Shown: positions 1 through 11,716, counted from the first letter of the stretch. The stretch: DNA of 64,000 bases from an uncultured delta proteobacterium (GCA_963796685.1 CAWCMR010000025.1:160001-224000); one strand, 5' to 3'. Notes: a model not told the origin generated them from the letters alone. Numbers and translations are program-made.

Positions 1-1016
1 GCTCGGCGACAGGCGGCAGCTCGGCGACGGGTGGCAGCTCCGCGACGGGTGGCAGCTCCGCGATGGGCGGCAGCTCCACCGGTTCGACCGGAGGCGTGGC
101 CGGCACCGGCGGGTCTGGTGGCAAAGGCGGAACCACCAGCGCTGCGGGCGGCGCCGGTGGCACCGCGACCGGGGGAGTAGGCGGAAGCGCGGGCTCGACG
201 GCGACTGGCGGCACAGGACCGGCCTCGGGTGGGGCTTCCGGCGCGGACGCCGGCCGCGACGGGGCGGCGCCTGGCACCGGTGGCCGGGGCAGTGGCGGCT
301 CCGCAGGACAGGGTGGTGGCACTGGCGGACAATCGAACCCCGATGGATCGGTGGGTGGCAGTGGCGGTTCCATCGCCTACAACCCCTGCAAGGCCAGTCC
401 CTGCGTCATCCTGCCGCTCGGGGACTCCATCACCCATGGCTACAATTCGAGCGACGACGCCGGCTACCGCTCGGCGCTTTTCAAGCTGGTCGTCGCGGCG
501 AACCAGAATGTCACGTTCATTGGTTCGCTGAGCAATGGTCCAAGCACCGTGTCGGGCAAGACGTTCCCCAAGAATCACGAGGGGCACGATGGAATTACGG
601 TCACTGGCATCACAGGCTACGTCCCGCCCGCCAAGGCCTTCACCGCGACACCCCACATTGTGTTGTTGCACATCGGAACCAACGACATAACCAACAACGC
701 CGATCCTTCGACCATCGCAAGCCAGCTCGACGTTCTGGTAGGCGATCTCGTCAAGGCTGCACCCGATGCACTCATCGTGGTCGCGAAGATAGTACCGCTC
801 GGCTACACCAGCACGACCTACAACAACTACATCGCCAAAATCCCGGGCGTTGTCAGCGGACATGCTGCCAACAACGAGCATGTCGTCATGGTCGACATGA
901 GCACGCTGCCGACCTCCGATATCCGGGGCAGCGGCAACGTGCACCCGACCGATCAGGGATACGCGGATATGGCGAACCTCTGGTACCAGGCCGTCAAAGG
1001 CTACTTGCCGAACTGA
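1..1016 (+). CDS. SGNH/GDSL hydrolase (CE3-like esterase) with Gly-rich linker, 5'-partial
   Basis: Frame is open from the window start (SATGGS repeats). Motifs LGDSIT, HEGHDG, HIGTND and VHP (SGNH blocks I, II, III, V). Confidence 0.8.
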   Translation, partial: SATGGSSATGGSSATGGSSAMGGSSTGSTGGVAGTGGSGGKGGTTSAAGGAGGTATGGVGGSAGSTATGGTGPASGGASGADAGRDGAAPGTGGRGSGGSAGQGGGTGGQSNPDGSVGGSGGSIAYNPCKASPCVILPLGDSITHGYNSSDDAGYRSALFKLVVAANQNVTFIGSLSNGPSTVSGKTFPKNHEGHDGITVTGITGYVPPAKAFTATPHIVLLHIGTNDITNNADPSTIASQLDVLVGDLVKAAPDALIVVAKIVPLGYTSTTYNNYIAKIPGVVSGHAANNEHVVMVDMSTLPTSDIRGSGNVHPTDQGYADMANLWYQAVKGYLPN

Positions 1017-1102
1017 CCTCCGTCTGGCCTAAACGCCTGAACTGCAGCTGATCACCAATGATCAGGTCAGTAGCGGTCACGGTATCGTGGCACTGCCGGC
1101 CA

Positions 1103-2461
1103 CTATGGCAGAGCATATTTCTTGAGCACCGGCCAAGAGACACTGGCATTGCCGGGATCGTGACCGCCGCCCTGTTTGGTGCACAACGTGACCTGAATGC
1201 CACCTGCGCAGGACGCATAGGTCGAGCAGCCGTTGCTGTCTTCGGCCGAAGGGGATCCCGTGCACTGGTTAATCTCGGCCCACGTCTGGAAGGTCGCCTG
1301 CGCTCCGATGTTGGTCAACGAGCCAATCGAGCCGCCGGCATAGGGCACAGCGGTATCGGCCGTTCCGCGGAAGGTGAACACGGTGATCGGGCGAACGGGC
1401 TTGCAGCCGGCCACGTTGTCCTTGACGAGGTCGGCAGCAGCGGGCGAAGCTGCAGCGAAGACATCGGCCGCCTGGCAGGCCAGGACGTGGACCATGCCGC
1501 CGCCGAGCGAATAGCCGACCGCGTACACCCGCTTCGGGTCGATGCACGCCAGCTTCTCCACGTCTTGCACCAGCGCCTTGGCGAACGCGACGTCGTCGGT
1601 GCTCGTGCAGCATGGCCCCAAGTTCCAGCCTGTTCCGTTGGTGCCGTTCGCGCCATCGGGATAGGCGGAAATGACGCCTTCGGGGTCGATGACCGCCTTG
1701 TAGGGGTTCGACCCCGCTTCACTGGTGCCATTGCCACCGAGACCATGGAAATCGACCACGAGTGGCGCCGGTTTCGTGCCGTCGTATTTGGTTGGAACGT
1801 GCAAGTAGTAGGTACGACTGGTTGAGCCAACCAGGACGGTCTTCTTGCCCTCGCTGGGTTTCGCCGCACCGGCGGGGCAAGTTGCTGATCCGCCGGTTCC
1901 CCCGCTGCCTGTTGTTCCCCCGCTGGCAACGCCGCCCGAGCCCGCAACGCTAGCGTCCCCAATCGTGCCGCCAGTACCTATTCCGCCAGCCATGCCCCCG
2001 CTGGCAACGCCACCCGAGCCCGCAGCGTCCCCGGTGGTACCGCCGCTGCTCCCGGTCGAGCCACCAAGCATCGACGAGCCGCCCGTCGCAGGAGCGCCGC
2101 CCATCCCCGTCCGGCCACCTGTTGCTGATCCTCCCGTGCCATGGGTGCCACCTGTATCGGTGGAGGCAATGCTTCCGCCCAACCCGGCGACGGTCGCGCC
2201 CCCCGAGCCCTGCGCTCCGGCGCTGCCCTTGGCCCCTCCCGAGCTTGCCGCACTACCATCATTTCCGCCGGAGCCGCCGGAAGCGGCTCCGCCAGTGGAT
2301 TGGCCACCTCCAGTGCCAACGTTTGCCACAGTCGTGCCACCACTACCCGAACTGCCACCCGAGCCGCTGATCCCGTTGCCCGATTGGCCGCACGCGACCA
2401 TGCCCCAAGCAGCAAGGCCGACCAGCAAGGCCATCTCGGACAACGTCTGGAGTTTTTTCAT
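1103..2461 (-). CDS. Lipoprotein, CE1/LpqC-like (feruloyl/PHB-depolymerase family) esterase
   Basis: Lipobox MVAC, ~165-aa Gly linker, RTYYLHVP, DFHG, GYSLGG nucleophile elbow, GTAD, GGGH. Confidence 0.8.
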   Translation of the reverse strand: MKKLQTLSEMALLVGLAAWGMVACGQSGNGISGSGGSSGSGGTTVANVGTGGGQSTGGAASGGSGGNDGSAASSGGAKGSAGAQGSGGATVAGLGGSIASTDTGGTHGTGGSATGGRTGMGGAPATGGSSMLGGSTGSSGGTTGDAAGSGGVASGGMAGGIGTGGTIGDASVAGSGGVASGGTTGSGGTGGSATCPAGAAKPSEGKKTVLVGSTSRTYYLHVPTKYDGTKPAPLVVDFHGLGGNGTSEAGSNPYKAVIDPEGVISAYPDGANGTNGTGWNLGPCCTSTDDVAFAKALVQDVEKLACIDPKRVYAVGYSLGGGMVHVLACQAADVFAAASPAAADLVKDNVAGCKPVRPITVFTFRGTADTAVPYAGGSIGSLTNIGAQATFQTWAEINQCTGSPSAEDSNGCSTYASCAGGIQVTLCTKQGGGHDPGNASVSWPVLKKYALP

Positions 2462-2476
2462 GCGCGAACGACAGCC

Positions 2477-3802
2477 CTAGAATGGCGACAGGAAGGACCA
2501 CACTTCCGCTGGCATCCAAGTTTTCGATTGCCCCGAATCGGTTGGCTGAAAGCCGTGGCCGCCATCGTAGGAGCACCAGACCACCGGGTATGCAGTGGGA
2601 CAGCCCTTGTAGTTCGTGCAGATGTGGCCGCCCTTGGGCGCGGTGGGCAGGTTCTCGATGGTGCAGCCATCGGCCGTGGCGAACCGGTCGGTTTGGGTTG
2701 CCTGCGAATTTCCTGCGACATCCGACAGGCCGAGCGAGCCGAGGTAGGCGACCGGCGAGCAACTGGAGGGGATGGGACTTACGCCACCGCCCGAGTGACC
2801 GACCACGGCGCGGTAGACCCCTGGGCGCGAACAGGTGATCACCCAAGCCATGGCCCCGCCCATGCTGAATCCCTCCATCATGACCCGCGAGGTGTCGATG
2901 CACAGCTCGCTCTCGACCTGCTTCAACACCGCGTCGGCGTAGGTCAGGTCCGTGGTGGCATCCCAAGCTCCGCTGACGCCGTGGAGGGTCACGAAAATCG
3001 TGGTGTTGTTCGAAAGGCTCCACAGCCCGAAGTTGTCCTTACCGTTTTCCGAAAGGTCGCCACCGTACCCGTGCAGACCGATGTGAAGCCGGTAGGGTGT
3101 GTCGTTCTTGTAGTCGCTGGGCCAGCGCACGAGGAAATCGCGGCTTGCGCCGCCCACCGAGATGGTGTTGACGGGGGTCGCCGCCCCTACGGTCGCGCTC
3201 TTCAGCGTGGAGGGCGTCTTGCCGCACCCGGCGCTCGGGACTGCGCTCCCACTGCCACCATCGGTCGCGCTGCCACTGCTCCCGCCGGAGCCGTGACCAC
3301 CAGCCCCACCGGCCGCGCTCCCGCCACTGCCAAGACCGCCGTCTCTGAAGCTCGACCCACCTGCTCCGCTCGAACCGCCGTTTCCCGTGGCGCCGCCGGT
3401 CTCGCCGGAGCCGCCGGTCGAGAGGATGCCGCCGCTTCCGCTCTTACCGCCAGTTCCCGTGGTGCCGCCCATGCCCGTAGTGCCTCCCGTGCCCGTGGCG
3501 CCGCCTGTGCCGCTCTTGCCGCCCACGCCGGTAGCGCCGCCCGTGCCAACCATTCCTCCCGAGGCGGCGCTTCCGCCAGACGAAGTCGAAGTTCCCCCGC
3601 TCGCCGTCGTGCCGCCCGAGACCGTCGCCCCTCCCGAACCTGTCGCGTGCGATCCTCCGGTCCCTGTTCCTCCGCCGGAGTTGTTCCCACTGCAGCCGCC
3701 GCCGAGCGCGAAGCAAAAGGCCACCGCGCCAAGGGTCGGCCGCAGCCAACCCAGGCGATGGGGACAAGACCGAGGAATTGGGAAGGAGACTTGTTGTGAC
3801 AT
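2477..3802 (-). CDS. Lipoprotein, CE1-like esterase
   Basis: Lipobox GGGC, Gly linker, GCGK, CIDTSR, GFSMGG, DGGH. Confidence 0.75.
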   Translation of the reverse strand: MSQQVSFPIPRSCPHRLGWLRPTLGAVAFCFALGGGCSGNNSGGGTGTGGSHATGSGGATVSGGTTASGGTSTSSGGSAASGGMVGTGGATGVGGKSGTGGATGTGGTTGMGGTTGTGGKSGSGGILSTGGSGETGGATGNGGSSGAGGSSFRDGGLGSGGSAAGGAGGHGSGGSSGSATDGGSGSAVPSAGCGKTPSTLKSATVGAATPVNTISVGGASRDFLVRWPSDYKNDTPYRLHIGLHGYGGDLSENGKDNFGLWSLSNNTTIFVTLHGVSGAWDATTDLTYADAVLKQVESELCIDTSRVMMEGFSMGGAMAWVITCSRPGVYRAVVGHSGGGVSPIPSSCSPVAYLGSLGLSDVAGNSQATQTDRFATADGCTIENLPTAPKGGHICTNYKGCPTAYPVVWCSYDGGHGFQPTDSGQSKTWMPAEVWSFLSPF

Positions 3803-3840
3803 GATGGCCTTTCCTGTATTCGGCTCCGATCAGCCTCAGA

Positions 3841-5058
3841 CTATGGCAGACCGCTGAAGAACGACCAGATGTTGGCCGTGGCGATCGCATCGACGGTGTG
3901 AGTCCAATTGCCGACGCAGTAAACGACCGGCTCGGCGCAAGCGCCGTAGCTTTGGCAACCGGTGAAGGCCGAGGTGGTCGTTTGATTGCATCCATTCTGC
4001 TTGATCCAGAAGTCCCGCGTCGGCTCGCCGCCGGCGGTTGGGGTGACCGTCGTGTCGGCGGTCCCTTGATGGATCATGATGGCGGGCATGGCGTTCTTGT
4101 CCGCGCAACTGCCAGGGCCCATGCCTTCGACGGGAGCATAGCCACGGAACCAACTGCTGTGTGCGCACGCGATGGCGTTGGTGAACATCCCGCCCATGCT
4201 GAACCCGGTAAAGAACTCCCGGCTGGTGTCGATGCAGAATCGGTTCTCGAGATCCGCCTTCAACGCCTGAATGTAGGCATAGTTCGCGTCGTTGCTTGTC
4301 CAGTTCGAGGTGATTCCGCTGCCCCACTTGGAGGTGGTGCCGGGCGCGTCGCCGTCGCCCTGCGGATACACGGTGATGGCCTTGCCGCCCGATCGCGACG
4401 TGAAGTTGTACATGCTCACCACCGAGACGTTGTTCATGTTATGGCCGTGCAAGGCGAAGACCAGCATGAGCGGCGTCTTGCCGTCGGCGCTGGTTGGAAC
4501 GTCGAGCAGGTAGTAGCGGGTCGTCCCTTGGATGTCCATGGTTTGCTGGGTCTTGGGATCAGGCCGCACGATGGCCTTGCCACATCCAGGGGACCCGACT
4601 CCACCATCCACCGATGGGACGCCGCCGGTTCCGGAGCCTCCGCCTGTGCTTCCGCCAGCAGCCGTGCTTCCACCTCGTCCGCCCGTGAAGCCCGCGTCTT
4701 GCGTGCTGGCATCTTGCGTGTTGGCGTCTTGCGCAGCGGCGTCCTGGCCACCGCCAGAGCCTCCTGCCGGGCTCCCTCCCGAACCAGGGAGCCCGCCGGT
4801 CCCGGGTGCGCCCCCGACAGCCGAGCCACCGCCCGTACCATATCGGCCGCCGCCTGCTGGCATGCCGCCTGTGGCGAAACTGCCGCCTGTGGCTCAGCTC
4901 CCCCCTGCGCCACTCTTCCCGCCGCTCCCCAAGGCGCCGCCCGTGGAAGGAAGTCCGCCCATCCCGCCGCTGCCTCCGGACGGCGCGCTGTTTCCCCCGC
5001 AGGACGGAAGGACGACCGCGAGACCAGACACGATCATCCCGAGCAAGATCCTATTCAT
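3841..5058 (-). CDS. Lipoprotein, CE1-like esterase, interrupted by an in-frame TGA at 4894-4896
   Basis: ORFs 4894..5100 and 3841..4863 are in the same frame. RBS GGAGG precedes ATG 5058, lipobox LPSC. Catalytic domain has GFSMGG, HQGTAD, WTH. Confidence 0.75.
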
Positions 5059-5172
5059 TCGTGAGCCTCCTGGCAGCAGCCGTCGAGAAAGTCCGTTCAT
5101 GACGTGCGATCGAGCCGCTTCGTGGGTACAGTTCCCGCCGGGTGCTGTTTCGGTTCACATCATCGAACAAGG

Positions 5173-6171
5173 CTATCTCACCGACATCATGTCCACGGCC
5201 AGTTGGTCCGGGCCCAGGTCCACAGTCCAAACCACCTGTTTCGAGTTGGCTCGGATCTGGGTTATGGTTTCACGCGGGCCGTGCCACAGAAACCTGGGTT
5301 TGTGGCTGCTTGCCGGGACCTCGAAAAGCCCCTCGACCCGGCCGCAGTAAACGTTCCCGGCTTCGCAGATGGGCGAGCAGACAAAATCCTTGAGCCACAC
5401 GAGCTCGCTCTTGAGATCCGTGCTCAATTGCCGAATCTCGGAGCTCTCCATATCGTAGTAGACGATGTCTTCCGTGCCGGCGAGCTGCGCGGGGGTGGGA
5501 CCGGTCCTCGCGTCGCTATATTCCGGGTTGCCGCGCATCACGTGCACGCGGCCAATGCGCCAGGAATGATCCTTGGCGCGCAGTACGAAGTAGACCCAGT
5601 CGTGGATCATCTTGAGGGCGCTGATCTCGCCCGGTTCGGCCACCAGCACCCGCGGCTTTTGCCCGTCGAGCGATAGAATCCTGTAGGGGCCGTCTTCGAC
5701 CCGCTCGAGCCAGGCGATGCCCGCACCTGATGCGACGAAGTACTCCGGCTGGCTGGATAGCGCCGCCACCCGCCACACCGATGCGCCATCTTTCGAGGCA
5801 TTCCAAATCGCCCCCTTGGACCAGAAGACGATACCCGAGGCCGCCAGCACCGGACTGATTCCAAGATCGAGAGCGATTTTGACCGGAGGCTTGCCGCGCG
5901 ACAGGCGATGGATGGCGTCACGGGTAAGGAGGTACACGAGCTCGCCGTCGAGCCCGAGCCCGACCGAGTAGGCAGAAACGGGCAAGGACAGCAGACGGGT
6001 CGGTGCAACCAGCTTGGCCGGCGCCTCGTCCGAGACGGAATGGGCGGTGCTGGATACCGCCGCCACCGCCGGTGAGGTCGTGGATTCCATGGGCGTTCGA
6101 CGAGCGCTGCGGCTGCAGGCCCAAAGCAGCATGAGCGCACCAACACTGACGAGCCTCTTCGCCCTCGACAT
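5173..6171 (-). CDS. Hypothetical lipoprotein, probable beta-propeller
   Basis: Lipobox LWAC. Repeated short beta segments with W/Y (LVYLLT, IVFWS, IAWLE, VYFV, VYYD, VVWT). Start uncertain. Confidence 0.55.
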   Translation of the reverse strand: MSRAKRLVSVGALMLLWACSRSARRTPMESTTSPAVAAVSSTAHSVSDEAPAKLVAPTRLLSLPVSAYSVGLGLDGELVYLLTRDAIHRLSRGKPPVKIALDLGISPVLAASGIVFWSKGAIWNASKDGASVWRVAALSSQPEYFVASGAGIAWLERVEDGPYRILSLDGQKPRVLVAEPGEISALKMIHDWVYFVLRAKDHSWRIGRVHVMRGNPEYSDARTGPTPAQLAGTEDIVYYDMESSEIRQLSTDLKSELVWLKDFVCSPICEAGNVYCGRVEGLFEVPASSHKPRFLWHGPRETITQIRANSKQVVWTVDLGPDQLAVDMMSVR

Positions 6172-6267
6172 GGAAGCTGCGGGAGTATGCGCCGCCCGCG
6201 CGCCCCGATGCAAGCAAGCGCGAAGGACAAGGACCGCGGTGCACACACATCTTTCGCGAACCAACGA

Positions 6268-6295
6268 GACGGAATTCGATTGCCCATGCCACTGC
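6268..6295 (+). promoter_or_regulatory. Bipartite motif copy 1 (candidate ECF-sigma promoter)
   Basis: GACGGAATT-cgattgcccatg-CCACTGC upstream of the fibro-slime gene. Confidence 0.6.
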
Positions 6296-6454
6296 TAGTT
6301 CTTCCCTGCGATGCTTTGGGACGGATCTGTCGCTGGGCATCACTCGCGTATCGACTCGAAGGACACGAAAGGTGCTATCTTCTACCAAAGCGCAAACCGT
6401 ACGACTCCTGCAGGGTCTTTGTCCAACCACTCGTGGCTATCAAGGCACGTTGAC

Positions 6455-8695
6455 ATGACGAGAGACGATTATCTCCGGGATCCAGTTTTTCGTGACGCAT
6501 CCGCGCGGCCGGCATTCTTTGCAGTTGTCGCGGTGGCGTTGCTGACGGTAGGCGCGTGCGCCAACGCCTCGGTCGTGAACGGCGGCGAGGGCGGGACCGG
6601 CGCAGGAGCGGGCCCCGCCGGCGGGGGCGGCCGGGGCGGCGGCGGTGGCGGGGGCGGCATCATCGTGAACCTCGACTCGCACGCTCGCGAGGATGCGAGC
6701 GTGGACCGGCCGGGGGGCGGGACCTGCGGCGATGGCGTCATCGAGCGCAGCGAGCAATGCGATGACGGCAATACGACGAGTGGCGATGGCTGCAGCCGGA
6801 TTTGCCAAATCGAAGCGAACTGGGATTGTCCCACCGAGGGACAACCCTGCAAGTACGTGGGGAATTGCGGAAGCGGTGTCCTGACCTCGAACAAGGTCTG
6901 CGACGACGGCAATACCGTCAGCGGCGATGGCTGCTCCAGCGACTGCAAGACCGTCGAGACCGGCTACATCTGTCGGGTGCCGGGCAAGCCCTGTTCCACG
7001 CGGTGTGGTGACGGCATCCTCAAGGGTTTCGAGACCTGCGACGACGGCAACACCAACAGCGGCGATGGTTGCTCCGCGACGTGCAAGATCGAGCCTGGCT
7101 TCGACTGCGCCGGTAGCCCGAGCACCTGCAATCCGACCGTCTGTGGCAACGGGAAGAAAGAGGCCGGCGAAACCTGCGACGACGGCAACACCCTGCCCTA
7201 CGATGGTTGTTCCTCGAACTGCCAGAGCGAGCCCAAGTGCGGCACGGACACCAGCGCGGTGGGCGCCTGCAAGAGCACGTGCGGCGATGGCATCCTCTGG
7301 CGCGGCATCGAGGATTGCGACGACGGCAACGTGGCCGATGGCGACGGCTGCTCCCATGACTGCAAGATCGAAGCGGGATGGACGTGCAAGTCCTTCTTCG
7401 ACGATCCACCCGCGAAGTTGCAGATCCCGATGATCGCTCGCGATTTTGAATCCTACTCCAGCGGCCCTCCGGTCACCGGACATCCCGACTTTGGAACCTA
7501 CTGCTGTGACGACAGCCTTCAGAAGGGCAAGGGCGTCCTGCGCTCGACGCTCGACACTAACCACAAGCCGGTCTGGGCGGGACCGGATCCAGTTCCCGAC
7601 CCAAAGCAAATCGGGTTCACAGGTAAGACCTATTTTGACCAGTGGTATCGCGACGTCAGCGGCGTCAACATGACTTACTACGAAACATTGACCTTGCTGC
7701 AAAACGCGACCAGCAAGACCACCTATGCGATGAACAGTGACACCGACCAGCCCTGGTATGACCTCTGCGGATTCTTCCCACTCGACGATCTCACCAAGCC
7801 GCTCGTCGATCAGAACACCGGGCAGCCAGTCACCTACCACTACGACCAAGGACAGCCAGACGACCGCACCTGCCACGCGTACCAAGGGTTGGGATTTGGC
7901 AACAGCTGGGCGAACCACAATTTCTCCTTCACCACCGAGCTGCGCTACTGGTTCCAGTACCAGGGCACCGAGCAACTCAAGTTCACCGGGGACGACGACG
8001 TGTGGGTGTTCATCAACGGCACCATGGCGATCGAGATGCCCGGTGTCCACAACCGGGCGGTCGGAACCGCAATCCTCGATGCATCCAATGGAACCGCTCA
8101 GGTTGGCTATGGCGAGCCCCCTTCAAGCTACACCACCGTCGATTTGAAGATGACCATCGGCAGCGTCTACGAGGTCGTAGTGCTCCAAGCGGAGCGCTGG
8201 TGCTGCGGCTCGAACTACATGCTGACCCTGGCGAACTTCATCGGGGGGAAGACCCAGTGCACTCCCACCTGCGGCGATGGCGTGACCGTCGCCGACGAGG
8301 AGTGCGACTGCGGCGACGGCACGGGTCCCGTGCCCGCGGGCTGCCCCGGTCCCAACAGCGATACGACCTACGGAGGTTGCACCACGCAGTGCAAATGGGG
8401 TGCCTTCTGCGGCGACGGCACGGTGCAAGGCCCGCCGAATGGTCCGGAGGAATGCGATCTGGGCGCGCTGAACGGCGACACCGGAGCGGGCAGCCAGTGC
8501 AGCGTCTCGTGCAAAGCACCGCGCTCTTGCGGCGACGGCAAGGTGGACACCGATCTGGGCGAGGAATGCGACCTCGCCGGCAACAACGGGGTCAAGCTCG
8601 ACAGTCAGTTGCAACCAGTCAGCGATCCCAACGATCCCGGGGCGCAAGTGTTCTGCACGGCCGACTGCTTGATTCCGCCAGGGATCGTCTACTAG
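6455..8695 (+). CDS. Fibro-slime (PA14-like) domain lipoprotein with Myxococcus Cys-rich (DUF4215-type) repeats
   Basis: Lipobox VGAC, many CGDG..E.CDDGN...GDGCS repeats, central IARDF/HPDF/FDQWY/NFSFTTELRYWF/FTGDDDVWVFING. Alternative start 6311. Confidence 0.85.
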   Translation: MTRDDYLRDPVFRDASARPAFFAVVAVALLTVGACANASVVNGGEGGTGAGAGPAGGGGRGGGGGGGGIIVNLDSHAREDASVDRPGGGTCGDGVIERSEQCDDGNTTSGDGCSRICQIEANWDCPTEGQPCKYVGNCGSGVLTSNKVCDDGNTVSGDGCSSDCKTVETGYICRVPGKPCSTRCGDGILKGFETCDDGNTNSGDGCSATCKIEPGFDCAGSPSTCNPTVCGNGKKEAGETCDDGNTLPYDGCSSNCQSEPKCGTDTSAVGACKSTCGDGILWRGIEDCDDGNVADGDGCSHDCKIEAGWTCKSFFDDPPAKLQIPMIARDFESYSSGPPVTGHPDFGTYCCDDSLQKGKGVLRSTLDTNHKPVWAGPDPVPDPKQIGFTGKTYFDQWYRDVSGVNMTYYETLTLLQNATSKTTYAMNSDTDQPWYDLCGFFPLDDLTKPLVDQNTGQPVTYHYDQGQPDDRTCHAYQGLGFGNSWANHNFSFTTELRYWFQYQGTEQLKFTGDDDVWVFINGTMAIEMPGVHNRAVGTAILDASNGTAQVGYGEPPSSYTTVDLKMTIGSVYEVVVLQAERWCCGSNYMLTLANFIGGKTQCTPTCGDGVTVADEECDCGDGTGPVPAGCPGPNSDTTYGGCTTQCKWGAFCGDGTVQGPPNGPEECDLGALNGDTGAGSQCSVSCKAPRSCGDGKVDTDLGEECDLAGNNGVKLDSQLQPVSDPNDPGAQVFCTADCLIPPGIVY

Positions 8696-8722
8696 ACGGC
8701 CACGCGCACGCCGAAGTCACGA

Positions 8723-8750
8723 AACGGAAACGCTGGGCTCGCGCCACTGC
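8723..8750 (+). promoter_or_regulatory. Bipartite motif copy 2
   Basis: AACGGAAAC-gctgggctcgcg-CCACTGC upstream of GH2. Confidence 0.55.
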
Positions 8751-8797
8751 CCAACGATGACGTCATTCCAAAGTCGTGGCTCGCAGGAGATTCTGCT

Positions 8798-11600
8798 GTG
8801 AGAAGCCGTGCATTCCCCGTTGGTTCCATCGCTCTTCTAGTCCTGGCAGCGTGCGGGTCCAAGGGCTCGTCCGAACCCGGACATACAGGTGGAAGCACCG
8901 GCACCCCCGGCTCCGGAGGAGCGTCGAGCAATGGCGGCACGAGCGCTGGCGGCGGAGACACGACACGCGGTGGGGCTGGGGGAGGCGGTGGCGCTGCGAA
9001 TGGGGGAGCGCCCGGGTCGGGCGGTATGACCGGGTCGGGTGGCAAAGGCAGCGGCGGAGCGGGCGGTCAAGCTGGCAACGCAACTGGTGGGGCGGCTTTC
9101 GGCGGCCAAGCCGGCAAGGGAACAGGCGGCGTGGCAACCGGCGGAACGGCCGGCATGGGTGGCGCGGCGACAGGCGGCCAAGGCGGCGCCGGAATGGGGG
9201 GCGCAGCAACCGGCGGGCAAGCCGGCAGCGGAGCGGGAGGAAATGGCTCTGGGGGGGTTGGTTCCGGCGGCCAGGGGGCGGTATCCAGCGCGTTGGTCAA
9301 TACCTACGACGGAGAGCGAACGACCACGGTCAGCTTCGACCTTGCCTGGAAGTTCCATCTCGGCGACGTCAGCGGCGCGCAGAACACGACCTTCGACGAT
9401 TCGTCCTGGACTTCCTTGGACGTGCCCCATGATTGGAGCATCTCGCTGCCATTCAACCAGAGCTCGGCGGGAACCTATGAAGGCGGGTACCTCGACGGTG
9501 GCTTGGGCTGGTACCGAAAGACCTTCGACCTCCCTGCTTCGGCCTCGGGACAGAGGGTCATGGTCCAATTCGATGGCGTGTACATGGACAGCACCGTGTA
9601 CATGAACGGCACGCAAGTATGCGCCCGTCCCTACGGCTATTCCTCGTTCGAATGCGACTTCACCTCGAACGCCAAGGTTGGCGCGTCGAACGTGCTCGCG
9701 GTCAAGGTCAACAACCAATTGCCCAGCAGCCGCTGGTACTCGGGCAGCGGCATCTATCGCCACACTTGGCTCAAGACCGTGAATCCGGTGCGCGTAGCCT
9801 ACACGGGCTCGCAGGTATCGACGCCGACGGTCTCGACCTCGAGCGCCACCGTCAATATTGCCGTCACGGTCCAGAATGACGGAACGACCGACCAATCGGT
9901 GACCGTGGCGAAGCTCGGTTCGCGACGCCTCGGGCACGGAGGTGGGCAAGGGCTCTTCGGCGGCGACCAGCGTCACCGCCGGGAAGACCGCCAACGTGAC
10001 GCACACAGCGACCGTCTCCAATCCCAAGCTCTGGTCACCCTCCTCGCCCACCCTCTACTCCGTGGTGACAACCGTGTCCGTGGGCGGCTCCGTGGTCGAC
10101 ACGTACACCACCCCGTTCGGCATTCGCACCTTCGCCTTCGACGCGAACACGGGGTTCTCCCTGAACGGCACCAAGATGAAGCTCAACGGCACGTGCAATC
10201 ACCACGACCTGGGCGCCTTGGGTGCGGCTACCAACTCTCGCGCCATCGAGAAGCGCCTGCAGATGCTCAAGGACATGGGCGTCAACGCGCTTCGCACGTC
10301 CCACAATCCGCCCGCGCCCGAGCTGCTGGATATTGCCGATCGCCTCGGACTCATGGTCATGGATGAGGCCTTCGACTGCTGGTATGCGGGCAAGCACACC
10401 TACGACTACGGGCGATTCTTCAACCAGTGGTATGATACGGACGTCCAGGGCTACGTGGCCCGCGATCGCAACCACCCGAGCGTCATCATCTGGAGCATCG
10501 GCAACGAGGTCGCACAGGCCGGCGACAAGGCCACGGTGCAGAAGCTGATCACCTCGGTTCACGCCAAGGACACCACCCGCCCCATCACCCAGGCCTATGC
10601 GGCGTGGGTCGACGTCAGCAACATCACGGGTCTCGAAGACCTGGTGGGAATCAACTACGCCCCGGATCGTTACGACTCGGTTCATACATCCAACCCGAGC
10701 TACAAGATGTTCGCCAGCGAGTCGTCGTCGGCCCTGCGCAGCCGAGGCATCTACAATAACAACAACAATCAGGAGTCGTCCTACGACGACTCCTGGGCCG
10801 GCTGGGGGGCGGGCGCGGAAGCGTCGTGGAACAGCGTCAACACGCGCGCGTGGATCGCCGGCGAGTTCATCTGGACCGGCTTCGATTACATCGGCGAGCC
10901 CACGCCCTACCAATGGCCCTCCAAGAGCTCGTACTTCGGGGCCATCGACACCGCCTACTTCCCGAAGGACATCTTCTATTTCTATCAGAGCAAGTGGAAC
11001 GCCGGCGGCCCCACCATGGTCCACATCGTTCCCATGAATTGGACGAATTGGACGAACGGGCAATCGGTGAAGGTCTTGGTCTACACCAATGCCGACAGCG
11101 TCGAGCTCTTCCTCAACGACAAGTCGCAGGGTTCGAAGACCATGAATTCCACCACCGGGCACCTCCAGTGGTCGGTTCCATTCGCCACGGGAACGCTGCA
11201 GGCCAAGGCCACCAAGGGCGGTACGGTCGTTGCGACCGACACGGTGAAGACCGCCGGGGCAGCGGCGGCTCTGTCGCTGACCACAGACCGGGCTTCGATC
11301 ACCGCGGATGGACGCGATCTGTCCTTCGTCGAGGTGGACATCGTCGACGCTCAGGGCGTTGTCGTCCCGCAGGCCAACAACAAGGTCGATTTCACGATCA
11401 GCGGGCCAGGGGCACTGGTGGGCCTCGACGCTGGAGACTCGACAAATCACGACTCCTACAAAGGTACGTCGCATGCCGCCTTCAGCGGCAAGTTGATGGC
11501 CATCATCCAGTCCACGACTACAGCCGGAACGATCACGCTGAAGGCGGCCTCCGGATCGCTTGCCGGCAGCGCGGTGAACATCACGACGACTACACCCTAA
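8798..11600 (+). CDS. GH2 beta-galactosidase-like lipoprotein, frameshift at 9911-9912
   Basis: Lipobox LAAC, PHDWSI, FDGVY, SRWYSGSGIYR in the first frame. RTSHNP, RDRNHPS, WSIGNE, FIWTGFDYIGEP in the second frame. Removing one A (GAAGCTC to GAGCTC) joins them. Confidence 0.85.
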
Positions 11601-11646
11601 GAAGGCACGCAGGCAGCAGCGACACGGTCATCAGAGTCGATAGCTT

Positions 11647-11683
11647 AACCGCCCAGGCCGCTCCGGCTGGGCGGTTTCTTTTC
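11647..11683 (+). terminator. Probable intrinsic terminator after GH2
   Basis: AACCGCCCAG...CTGGGCGGTT stem followed by TCTTTT. Confidence 0.6.
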
Positions 11684-11716
11684 CATGAAATCGCGCGGCT
11701 TCGATGCTCCTCCCAT

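Noticed and set aside
4894-4896. In-frame TGA as selenocysteine or programmed readthrough
   Set aside because: It lies in a low-complexity linker where Ser is expected, no SECIS-like hairpin was recognised, and other genes use TGA as a normal stop. It fits the AGCT error pattern.
6455-8695. TraA kin-recognition receptor
   Set aside because: It has PA14-like and Cys repeats, but the domain order differs, there is no MYXO-CTERM and no adjacent TraB/OmpA gene.
9905-9920. Programmed ribosomal frameshifting at the GH2 and other breaks
   Set aside because: No slippery heptamer or homopolymer tract; single-base insertions in AGCT/GATC explain them.
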